This document shows, one piece after another, positions 7,410 to 15,874 of a DNA stretch of 64,000 nucleotides. The first letter of the stretch is position 1. Every line of letters begins with the position of its first letter. The translations under genes were made by a program, and so were the position numbers. The stretch lies in the NCBI GenBank assembly GCA_963764165.1, contig CAVXRD010000002.1, positions 384,001 to 448,000 on the forward strand. The letters run 5' to 3'. A model generated the notes under the pieces. It worked only from the letters and a program-made list of their open reading frames with translations. It did not search any database and was not told where the DNA came from. The stretch is from an uncultured Verrucomicrobiae bacterium (GTDB lineage: Bacteria > Verrucomicrobiota > Verrucomicrobiia > Limisphaerales > Palsa-1400).

Positions 7410-10274
7410 TTATTTCTCATCCCTGTCCGACCTTCGTTGCGCTCGGCGCTTCGCGTCCAGCAGGCGGCTGGTGACATTGGCTTGCTCTTTGGTAGGGGGC
7501 TTTGAACCGGGGACCGAGGGCGCAGGTACGTTTTCGCCAGATTGCGGGGCGGGCTTGCCGGTGTCTTGAACTTCGATTTTCTTTTCAGGTTCGAACAGGG
7601 TCGGGCTTGGCTCGATGGCTGTGCGCTCGAGGCGGACTTTGCCGCGGCGGGTCAGCAAGGCGGACAAGGATTCGTCGGCTTCCTTCGGGCGGGCGACGCC
7701 CTTCCACGGCATCAAAATGCGGCGCAAGCTCCTTGTCGCCTTCAGCCATTCTTCGCGGTCGATTTGGATGCGGCGGACGGCGACGTCGAATGGGAAAAGC
7801 AGAATGGCAAATTTCAACAGCCAATCGCGCAGGTCAAATGGTTGAAAGGTCTCGATGCGATCGTGCGAAAATGGATTATCCGTGTCCGGGTCGAGGATTT
7901 TTCCAGCGCCGGTATCCGCGAGGCGGTGAAGCAGCGATGTGTTCGGGCCGGAATCGTCGAATTCCGGCGAATAGTTGACACTCAAGCCCAGCGCCTGGGA
8001 TTGGCCAGTGCCGCGGTCAACCAGGTTCATCAGGTAGGCGCCAACTTCCTTGGTCGGAAAGGTCGCGTCGTAATGGCCGGGGCCGGTTTGTTCCAATTGC
8101 AAAACCTGCTTATCCCCTTTCGGGCTGACGGCGAGCAATTGCAGATTCAGAAAATTCCGGTAATGGCCGTCCGCATCAATCGCCTCGACGCTCACGTGCC
8201 CCTCGCCTTTGTCCACCGCGACTTCCGTGTTGAAGTCCGCCGCATCGACGCGCCGCAAACTCCATTGCGCCGTCTGCTGCCAGAATTGCTGGAACTTCGC
8301 CCACGTCAGCCAGCTCGGCGCCCACTTCGCCCGCGCGTCCGAGGTGAACGCGACTGACCGGCCCAGGCCGTAATTCCAATGCGCGAGCAGCGGGTCGCCC
8401 TTGTCCGTGACGAGCGGCACTTCAGCGCGGCTTTTTGGCGTGGTGCAGACGTAGCCGAGCAACTGCGGAAATTCCGTCGGGCCAATGCCTTTGATGATTT
8501 CGCTGGAGGCCTTCTCCTGGGGCTTGAACGGCGCTTCAAAAATGGCCGACTTCAAAATCACCGATGCTTCCTTGACGAAAATCTGCGGCAAGTCCGACGC
8601 GGAATCGACCGCCCAAAATCTCCCGTGCCCTTCGGCGGCGAGGTACGACATCGTGTCCGGCGAAACGTGCCCGCCGATCATCACGGTGCTGATGGTAATT
8701 TTATGTGTGACAATGTCCTGGATAAGCGTCTTGGACGGCGCGCCGGGATCGCCATCGCTGAACACGATGAGGTGCTTCAAGCTGGCGGTGGATTTGGCAA
8801 GCGCCTCGTAAGCCGATTGCATTGGCGCCTGGAAATCCGGCATGTCGCCCGGGTTCATGCCGTTGATCTGGCGGCCCATGTATGTTTTGTCACCGACTTT
8901 CCCCAGCGGGAATTGCCAGTGAATATTGCCGTCCCACAATACAATGCCCATCTCATCCTGCGGGCCGAGCGCCTGCAGCGCCGCGTAGGCAATGTCGCGC
9001 GCCCAGCCGTTGCCTCCGGGAAATTCCGTGGCATGGCACACGATGGCCAGCGCGCCGTTCGGGAGAACTTTCTTGCTGTTCAATTCCATTTCCACCGGCA
9101 GCGCCGTTTCCAGTGGCGTCCCGCGATATCCTCCGGCCGCAAACGTTTGGTCGCCGCCGATGCAGACGAGGCCGCAGCCGAAATCGCGCACGGCGCTTTC
9201 CAGCAAGCGCATTGAATCCAGCCCAAGATCGCCCGCCGACATGTTGCAGAGAAAAATCGAATCGTAGCTCTGCAATTCGGCCAGGGTCTGCGGGAATTTG
9301 TCTGTCAAATGCACATCAAGCTTGCCGGCTTCAAGGGCCGACGCCAATTCGGTGTCGTGCTTCGGGTCGCTCGAAACAATCAGGACGCGCGGGTTGCCTC
9401 GGACGGTAGCGAAGGAAGTGGCGTGGTTGTTTTGCGGAATCGTGTCTCCGGGCGCGTCGAGTTGAACGTCGTATTTGTAAAAGCCGGGCTCGGTCAGCGT
9501 CTGCGGAAATGTGTAAAGGTTTTTGCCCCCGTTCAGTTGCACTTTTTGTTCGCCGAGCGAGCCATCGTTCAAATAAAGCCGGATCGTGGCGGTTTGCGCC
9601 GTGTCGGCTTGCGCGAAGATTTTAACATCGAAAGTCTGGCCCTTCTTGACAGTCGTCGGCAGCGTCAATTTGCGGATCGAAACGTCGTTGCCGCGGCTCG
9701 TGCCGAGCGGGACAACATCCAGGGTGACGCCCAGCGGAAGCGACGCGGTCAAGGCGGACATGGCATCGCCCACGTTTTCATTTCCATCGGACATCAGCAC
9801 GAGGCGCTTCTGGCCGGTTTCGGGAAAGGCGGCGGTGCCGAGGCGAATCGCGCTCGCAATGTCGGTGCGCTCCACGCCGACGACGGCCTGAATCTGGCGC
9901 AAATCGACCTGCGCGTTGGGCCGCGCCTCAATGGCGGCGTCCGCGCCAAAGACCAGCACGCCCGCGATGTCGTTGGCTTTCTTGTCTTTGACAGAGCGGT
10001 TGACGAACGCTCGCTCGGCATCCTGCTGGACAGACGGCACACTTCGAGACCTGTCAAGCATGTAAAAAACAGTCATTCCCTGCTGGGGTTTGCGCCATTC
10101 CAATCCCGCCGCGGCAAAACACAAGGCCAGCAGGACCAGCACGCGCAGCAAAAAGGCCGTCCAACGCCGCCATGTGCCAATTTGAACGTCCGACTTCCAG
10201 AAAAGCCACGCCGTCCAAGCCAGCGCGGGAGGCAGCGCCAGCAACCAGAGTGGGTTGGAAAATTGGAAGCTCAT
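7410..10274 (-). CDS. membrane-anchored vWA / Ig-like / GATase1-like domain protein
   Basis: BatA-like N-terminal TM pair, MIDAS DRSRS, LMSDGNEN, GGDQTFAAGGYRGTPLE, second vWA (FSDG), C-terminal TM; ATGA overlap with the upstream gene. Confidence 0.85.
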   Translation of the reverse strand: MSFQFSNPLWLLALPPALAWTAWLFWKSDVQIGTWRRWTAFLLRVLVLLALCFAAAGLEWRKPQQGMTVFYMLDRSRSVPSVQQDAERAFVNRSVKDKKANDIAGVLVFGADAAIEARPNAQVDLRQIQAVVGVERTDIASAIRLGTAAFPETGQKRLVLMSDGNENVGDAMSALTASLPLGVTLDVVPLGTSRGNDVSIRKLTLPTTVKKGQTFDVKIFAQADTAQTATIRLYLNDGSLGEQKVQLNGGKNLYTFPQTLTEPGFYKYDVQLDAPGDTIPQNNHATSFATVRGNPRVLIVSSDPKHDTELASALEAGKLDVHLTDKFPQTLAELQSYDSIFLCNMSAGDLGLDSMRLLESAVRDFGCGLVCIGGDQTFAAGGYRGTPLETALPVEMELNSKKVLPNGALAIVCHATEFPGGNGWARDIAYAALQALGPQDEMGIVLWDGNIHWQFPLGKVGDKTYMGRQINGMNPGDMPDFQAPMQSAYEALAKSTASLKHLIVFSDGDPGAPSKTLIQDIVTHKITISTVMIGGHVSPDTMSYLAAEGHGRFWAVDSASDLPQIFVKEASVILKSAIFEAPFKPQEKASSEIIKGIGPTEFPQLLGYVCTTPKSRAEVPLVTDKGDPLLAHWNYGLGRSVAFTSDARAKWAPSWLTWAKFQQFWQQTAQWSLRRVDAADFNTEVAVDKGEGHVSVEAIDADGHYRNFLNLQLLAVSPKGDKQVLQLEQTGPGHYDATFPTKEVGAYLMNLVDRGTGQSQALGLSVNYSPEFDDSGPNTSLLHRLADTGAGKILDPDTDNPFSHDRIETFQPFDLRDWLLKFAILLFPFDVAVRRIQIDREEWLKATRSLRRILMPWKGVARPKEADESLSALLTRRGKVRLERTAIEPSPTLFEPEKKIEVQDTGKPAPQSGENVPAPSVPGSKPPTKEQANVTSRLLDAKRRAQRRSDRDEK

Positions 10275-12598
10275 TTGCGGATGAATTTTTGCACCCGGTT
10301 GTTCAACGCATCGCAAACGTATAAATTGTCATGAGAATCGAAGGCAATGCTCCACGGATTGCTGAACTGGCCCGGGCCGCCGCCCGGCGAGCCGAGGATT
10401 TCCACCGTCCTGTCATTCGAGTCAATAATCTGAATCCGGCTGTTGCCAAACTCGCAAACAAACTGGTAGCCCTTCGAATCCAGCCGAATGTCGTAGGGAT
10501 AGCTGAACTCGCCGCTGCCAGAGCCCGCCTTGCCGTATTGGCGTTCAAACTTCCCCTCCCCGTCAAAAACCTGAATGCGATGGTTGCAGGAATCCGCCAC
10601 GTAAATGTTGTCGTTGGTGTCAATGCCAAGGCCCTCCGCGCGATTGAATTCGCCCGGGCGGTCGCCCAATTTCCCCCATGTTCCCAGGCACTTTTCGCCA
10701 TGGGAGGTGAAATGCTGGACGCGTTCGGATTCGGTGTATTCACAGACATAAAGATCGCCCTTCTTATTGACACACGCCGCGCGGGGCATTCCCAACTGGC
10801 CAAAGTTGGTGCCCTTGACGCCAAATTGCGCGTCGAGCTTGCCTTCAGGGGAAAAGAAATTGACGCGCGAATAGTGCGGTTCCACCAGAACGATGTCGCC
10901 AGTTTTGTCAGTACACATGCCCTTGGGCCTGCCCTTTTCGATTTGCGGCATCTGCCATTCCATCAGGAATTTTCCGTCGGGCGAAAATTTCTGGACGCGG
11001 CCCGTCATGTCGATGACGAAGAGATTGTCCTTGGTGTCGAGGGCGACTGAGCGGGGTTTGTTGAATTCACCAATTCCCGCGCCCCGCCCGCCGATGATTT
11101 CCACGCGGCTGAAGAACTTGCTGTCAACAGGAGCGCTTTTCCGATCATCCACCGAGCAGGAAGCCACCAGCGGAACAGCGACCGCCAGCGCCACCGCAAA
11201 CCCCACGCCGCGAAAAGACCGCGTCTTTGCGAACATCAACCAAAATCCCCAAAACGCGAGCGGAACGAGCGCCAGCAGCAGCAGCAGCAGGCAGAGCGCG
11301 TTGACTTGCGAGTTGTGACCGTAGTGAAGCAAATTGAAAATTCTTAGCGACAGACTCTCGCCGCCCGGCGGCACGATCAGCACGAGCGTTTCCACGTCCC
11401 ACAGGCATAGCAGATAGGTGACATACCACGCCGCGCCGACTTGGGCTGACGCCTGCGGCCAGTGAACATGCCGCAGCGTTTGCCAGAAATTCGCGCCTTC
11501 CAATCGCGCCATCGCCAGCAATCCGGCATCACCGGTGCGCAGCGCGCGAGCCACAATGTTCCAGCCGAGCGCGGCATAGCGGACGACATAAGCGAGAATG
11601 ACGATCCCCGCGCTTTGGTAAAACCCCTCAGTGCCGGGCCGATTAAAAATCCAAATCAGCGCGATTCCAAGCAACACGCCCGGGACAAAAAATGGCAGCC
11701 ATAACGCCGAATCAAGCCGCCAGCGCCACGTCAACAACGCAATAAGGATAACGCCCGTTGCGGAAAGGATCGAATATTCCAGCGAATGCGCAATGGCCCA
11801 GTGTCCGGCTTCCGTTGCCGTTACAAATTGCGACCATGTGTTCCGGCTTTGACACAATTCCCAAAGAGGAACCGCCAGAGAAAATGCGGCCAAGACGACC
11901 GCAGCCGCCGCCCCCGCCCAATGCCATCCGCCTCCGAGCTGCCGACGCAAGGCTGCCGCCTCGGCTGGTTTTGCCTGCCACGACCACGCGTTGTCGCCGC
12001 CGCGAAAACTCCACATGAGCACCAGCGGCGCAAGCACCAGCGGCCAGCACAATTCAATTGCAGATGCATAGTCAAACGTCGTGTTAAACCGCACCCACAC
12101 TTCCGCCGGAAAAACCTTCACCTGCAAAATGGCGGGCACGGCGAAATTGTTAAGCGCCATGACCAGCGTCAGAATGGAACTTTGCACGAGCGCGGTGCGG
12201 GCCAGCGGCAGCAGCAGCCACCGCAGCAAAAAACGCCCTTCCAATCTCGGATCAACTTCCAGTTGCACGGCTTGGACGCGCCGCCACGCGGCTGTCACGA
12301 ATAAAAATGAGATGGGCCAATTGAGGAGCATCAGAGTCCAGGCCGCCCCGCCCATTGAGTAAATATTGACCGGCAGCCATTCCCGCCAAATGCCTCGTTC
12401 GCCGAGCAATTCAATCCAGCAATTGACGACAAGAAACGGCGGGAGAACCAATGCCACCACAGCCGCAGCCAGAAACAGTCCGCGCGCGCGGCCCGCGCAA
12501 CTCGCGAACCACAGCGCCGCCAGCGCCCCGCCCAACACGGCGAGGAAGGCCGAAACTCCGCTCACCAAAAGACTGTTGCAGACCAGCGGCCAGTTCAA
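10271..12598 (-). CDS. ABC transporter permease (FbpB-like, two modules) fused to an NHL-repeat beta-propeller
   Basis: Multiple TMs, LPPFLV and PGVLLGIALI motifs, EAA-like loop; six NHL repeats (GEFNKPRSVALD, YVADSCNHRIQVF); TTG start after GGAGG overlapping the upstream stop. Confidence 0.85.
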   Translation of the reverse strand: MNWPLVCNSLLVSGVSAFLAVLGGALAALWFASCAGRARGLFLAAAVVALVLPPFLVVNCWIELLGERGIWREWLPVNIYSMGGAAWTLMLLNWPISFLFVTAAWRRVQAVQLEVDPRLEGRFLLRWLLLPLARTALVQSSILTLVMALNNFAVPAILQVKVFPAEVWVRFNTTFDYASAIELCWPLVLAPLVLMWSFRGGDNAWSWQAKPAEAAALRRQLGGGWHWAGAAAAVVLAAFSLAVPLWELCQSRNTWSQFVTATEAGHWAIAHSLEYSILSATGVILIALLTWRWRLDSALWLPFFVPGVLLGIALIWIFNRPGTEGFYQSAGIVILAYVVRYAALGWNIVARALRTGDAGLLAMARLEGANFWQTLRHVHWPQASAQVGAAWYVTYLLCLWDVETLVLIVPPGGESLSLRIFNLLHYGHNSQVNALCLLLLLLALVPLAFWGFWLMFAKTRSFRGVGFAVALAVAVPLVASCSVDDRKSAPVDSKFFSRVEIIGGRGAGIGEFNKPRSVALDTKDNLFVIDMTGRVQKFSPDGKFLMEWQMPQIEKGRPKGMCTDKTGDIVLVEPHYSRVNFFSPEGKLDAQFGVKGTNFGQLGMPRAACVNKKGDLYVCEYTESERVQHFTSHGEKCLGTWGKLGDRPGEFNRAEGLGIDTNDNIYVADSCNHRIQVFDGEGKFERQYGKAGSGSGEFSYPYDIRLDSKGYQFVCEFGNSRIQIIDSNDRTVEILGSPGGGPGQFSNPWSIAFDSHDNLYVCDALNNRVQKFIRK

Positions 12599-14430
12599 AC
12601 AGTCCTCCGATGGTAATACCACCACTCGAACATCAGCACGGCCAGCGCGCCCATGGCAATCCAGCGCCAGATTTCGACGCTCGCCTGCTTCATTTCCGTC
12701 GCGCCGACCTTGTTGAATTTTCCAAAGTTCAATTCATCGCGCGGCTTGGTGTTGCTCTCGGCGGCGTCCAGCACGTTGACGCAAAAATCGACTTCGTTGG
12801 TCCCGGCGCGGAGACGATACATGCCCTGCTTGTCCGTATGGCCAAAAATAATTTCGCGGTTGCCGTTCACTGAAACGGATTCCTTTATTCCACCGGGAAG
12901 CGTGATTTCGGCGTTCGTAACGGCCTGGCCTGCGCCAAACTTGAACGGATCGCCTGCGTGCAGCATTAACTCCTGCGATTTCGTCGCCGCGGGATTCAGC
13001 CAGCCAATCGCGTTGGCCATGAACATCGGGAACGAAGCGCGGCGCGGCCACGTGCTTTGCAGCGTATCAAAACCGATCCACAAAATTCTCTGGTGCGAAA
13101 GTTCGCCCGCCAAAATCAGCGGCGTCTCCTGCGCTTCGACCAGCGGCACCGCCCAGCCCGGCATCTTCACGCCCATCGTTTCGGCGATCCCCACGTTGTC
13201 GAGATTGATGTAGCGCAGCAGCGGATGCGTATTTTTCCAATCGACGATGGAGGGGTTTTCCACGTTCGTCGAACCGTCCGGAAACAAATTTGTATTCACC
13301 ACATGCACCAGGAGCAAATTCGCCTTCGGCCAAACGGTGGGAGTGACGTCATCAAGCACCACCAAATCCTGTCCCGGCGCGCCGTCCGCGGTGTCCTGTG
13401 CGATCGTCAAATCCACACTCGCGGCGGCGTGCAGCGCCTTGGCCATGAAATTATTCCCGCGCGTCACCAGCAGCACTTTGGCCGGCTGAGGGAGGAGGCT
13501 CACCATCGACGCTTGATTGTCCGCCGCCAGATCGTCCTTCGCATCGATGCGCACGGTGAAAATGCCGTTGCTCTCCTGCGTGGCGGAAAAAACCTGCGGC
13601 GATGTCTCTCCCGCCGGAATCGTCAGCGGCCGAGTGTCAACAACTTCGCCGTTAAATAAAAGTTCCAGCGCCGTAGTCACCGGGTTGGTGGTGAAATTGA
13701 CGATGCTGGTGTAAATGGCGCGCTCCTTGTGGTTCTCCGGGCTGTCGCGAATATCGAGTGTCGTGATGCCGACATTTTCACACCGGCGCCCGAGCCGGTG
13801 ATAGACGACGTGCAAATTCTTGTTTTCAAATTCGCTCAAATCGCCCGCCGCGCCGTCGCTGAATAGATCGATCTGCGCATCGTGCTTGTCGCGCACCAGC
13901 GTGTCGGCCAGCTTGAGCGCCTCGGTCAGGCGCGTTGGGGAATCGGTCACCTTGCATTGCTGGAGGGCGCGGCGCAAGGCGGTTTTGTCGGCGGTGGCGG
14001 ATTGCTTGACTTCGGTATTCCCAGCGGCCAGCAGAATGAGCATTTGCTCTTCGTCCTTTAGCCCGTCGACCATTTTGAGCGCTTCGGCCCGCCCCTTCTC
14101 GAAACGGGACGGTTCTTCGTCAGTGCTCTGCATCGAAGCGGATGCGTCAAGAACAACCACGCGCAAATCGCCCGACGCGGTGTGCCCCGCAAAGTAAGGC
14201 CGGCTCAAGGCGAGAATGGCGAGCAGCAGCAGGAGCAATTGCAGGATCAGGAGCCAGTTATGGCGAAGGCGCTGGAACGGGGCATTGGCCTGCGTCTCGG
14301 CCATGAATTTCTGCCACAGCAAGGTGCTCGAGATGAGCTTGACCACCCGGCGGCGCTTTAAGAGGTAGAAGACCACCACCACCGGCAAAGTGGCAGCGAA
14401 CCAAAACGCTCCTGGCGACAAGAACCTCAC
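12595..14430 (-). CDS. BatA N-terminal + vWA domain protein
   Basis: FYLLKRRR..SSTLLW..LLILQLLLLLLAILALSRP, MIDAS DASAS, FSDG, C-terminal TM followed by EWWYYHRR. Confidence 0.88.
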   Translation of the reverse strand: MRFLSPGAFWFAATLPVVVVFYLLKRRRVVKLISSTLLWQKFMAETQANAPFQRLRHNWLLILQLLLLLLAILALSRPYFAGHTASGDLRVVVLDASASMQSTDEEPSRFEKGRAEALKMVDGLKDEEQMLILLAAGNTEVKQSATADKTALRRALQQCKVTDSPTRLTEALKLADTLVRDKHDAQIDLFSDGAAGDLSEFENKNLHVVYHRLGRRCENVGITTLDIRDSPENHKERAIYTSIVNFTTNPVTTALELLFNGEVVDTRPLTIPAGETSPQVFSATQESNGIFTVRIDAKDDLAADNQASMVSLLPQPAKVLLVTRGNNFMAKALHAAASVDLTIAQDTADGAPGQDLVVLDDVTPTVWPKANLLLVHVVNTNLFPDGSTNVENPSIVDWKNTHPLLRYINLDNVGIAETMGVKMPGWAVPLVEAQETPLILAGELSHQRILWIGFDTLQSTWPRRASFPMFMANAIGWLNPAATKSQELMLHAGDPFKFGAGQAVTNAEITLPGGIKESVSVNGNREIIFGHTDKQGMYRLRAGTNEVDFCVNVLDAAESNTKPRDELNFGKFNKVGATEMKQASVEIWRWIAMGALAVLMFEWWYYHRRTV

Positions 14431-14599
14431 TGATTAAAAAAAGCTTAAAGACCGGCTGTCAAAGTTCAAGGTTCAAGTGGGGGCGACGCCGGAACCGTCA
14501 ACAACACGCCTCTCAATTGCGCCTCGCCCTCCTGGCAAATCAGCGCGTCCGAATTCAAGCTTAGACAGCCCAACCCGCCCTTTGTCACAATAATAATAA

Positions 14600-14801
14600 C
14601 CATGTGATCCCCAAAAAATGGCAACATCCGTTACACCGTTGATTGTCAGGCATTTAGGCGGCGACATAGAGTTCCTCGCTGTTTTCGGTTGAATGGCGAT
14701 CTCCGCGCAGCATTTGCCGGAAACCTGTTTTAACAGCACAAGGCTGGGTGCAAGAGACGGCTCAAAAAACGCAAAGTGCAATAGGGTGCAATAGAGTGCA
14801 A
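14600..14801 (+). repeat. dispersed GGYAACA-box element, copy A, with TGCAATAG repeats
   Basis: CCAAAAAATGGCAACATCCGTTACACCGTTGATTGTCAGGCATTTA aligns with copies at 37.8, 44.0 and 49.7 kb. Confidence 0.7.
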
Positions 14802-15188
14802 CGGTCTCCTTCCGGTGAAGCCCCGTCGGAGGCCTCCAATAACAGGGCAACAGACTGCGGCGCATGAACACGAAGCGCCGCGCTGCGCAGCCTCCCTCAA
14901 TATGACCTTGCTTATGCATGAACGCATTTTGCCCCGGCAGGGGCTGGACGGAAAACCTACCAGAGTGTTTTCGGCACGATTTTTTGGAGAAATATTGAAA
15001 AAAACCAAACAGGAGTGGTTTTTGGATGTTTACAGCGGAGTGCTGATTGGTCTTTGTTTTCCTCTGCGCCCTCATCTTCTCTGCGCGAGATTTCTTGTCC
15101 CTCTCGCAATGCACACGGAGCATTTTGTCGTTGAGCGCTCCGCGCTGCTCTTGAAATTTCACCCGCGCCATTGTAGTCTGCGCCCGGT

Positions 15189-15716
15189 ATGAAAAAACTT
15201 CTGCTTGCCATCGCGTTGTTGACCATCAGCTCTGCCACGCTCCTTGCCGAACCGCCGCCCTCGTCGGACAAGGTCATGGCTGAGGTCAAACAAAAGGCTG
15301 CCGCCGAGAATAAAACAATTTTTGTCCACTTCGGCGCATCGTGGTGCATTTGGTGCAAGCGGTTGGACGCTTTTCTTGACCGGCCCGACATCAAGCCGGT
15401 ATTCGAGAAATATTTCGTTCCCGTCAAACTCGATGTGCAAGAACACGACGACAAAAAGAATCTGGAAAATCCCGGCGCGGACAAGTTGATGGCGAAGCTC
15501 GATGGCACAAAAGGCGGCCTTCCCTACTTCGCTTTCCTAACCGTCAGCGGAGAACCTATTGCCAACTCAATGAACAACGGCGACAACGTCGGCTACCCCG
15601 CTGAACCCGGCGAAATTGATTATTTCCTCAGAATTATCAAAAAGGCCGCGCCACAAATGACCGATGCCGACATTCACACGATCGAAACGGCGCTGCGGAG
15701 TTTTAAGCGCGCTTGA
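15189..15716 (+). CDS. exported thioredoxin-family protein
   Basis: Signal peptide MKKLLLAIALL, FGASWCIWCK (CxxC), GLPYF. Confidence 0.88.
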   Translation: MKKLLLAIALLTISSATLLAEPPPSSDKVMAEVKQKAAAENKTIFVHFGASWCIWCKRLDAFLDRPDIKPVFEKYFVPVKLDVQEHDDKKNLENPGADKLMAKLDGTKGGLPYFAFLTVSGEPIANSMNNGDNVGYPAEPGEIDYFLRIIKKAAPQMTDADIHTIETALRSFKRA

Positions 15717-15740
15717 GGCAGGGAATAATCAAAGAAGAGC

Positions 15741-15824
15741 CACCAGAAGGTCACAAAGGTCAGAAAGGGGGACGGACCGCAGATGAATTGCTCCCTCTTC
15801 GTTAACTTCGTTTGCTTCTGTTCA
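15741..15824. repeat. purine/pyrimidine-arm inverted repeat with 9-nt periodicity (family C)
   Basis: CAGAAGGTCACAAAGGTCAGAAAG ... CTTCGTTAACTTCGTTTGCTTCTGTT; similar pairs at 40499, 44089 and 61191. Confidence 0.55.
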
Positions 15825-15874
15825 GATCTTCCGGCCCGCCTCTGCTAAAGGTCGTCGCGGTAAACAAGGCACAC

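Noticed and set aside
14473..15171. 232-aa minus-strand ORF
   Set aside because: It is assembled from repeat elements, has low-complexity Cys/Arg-rich composition and no recognisable family.
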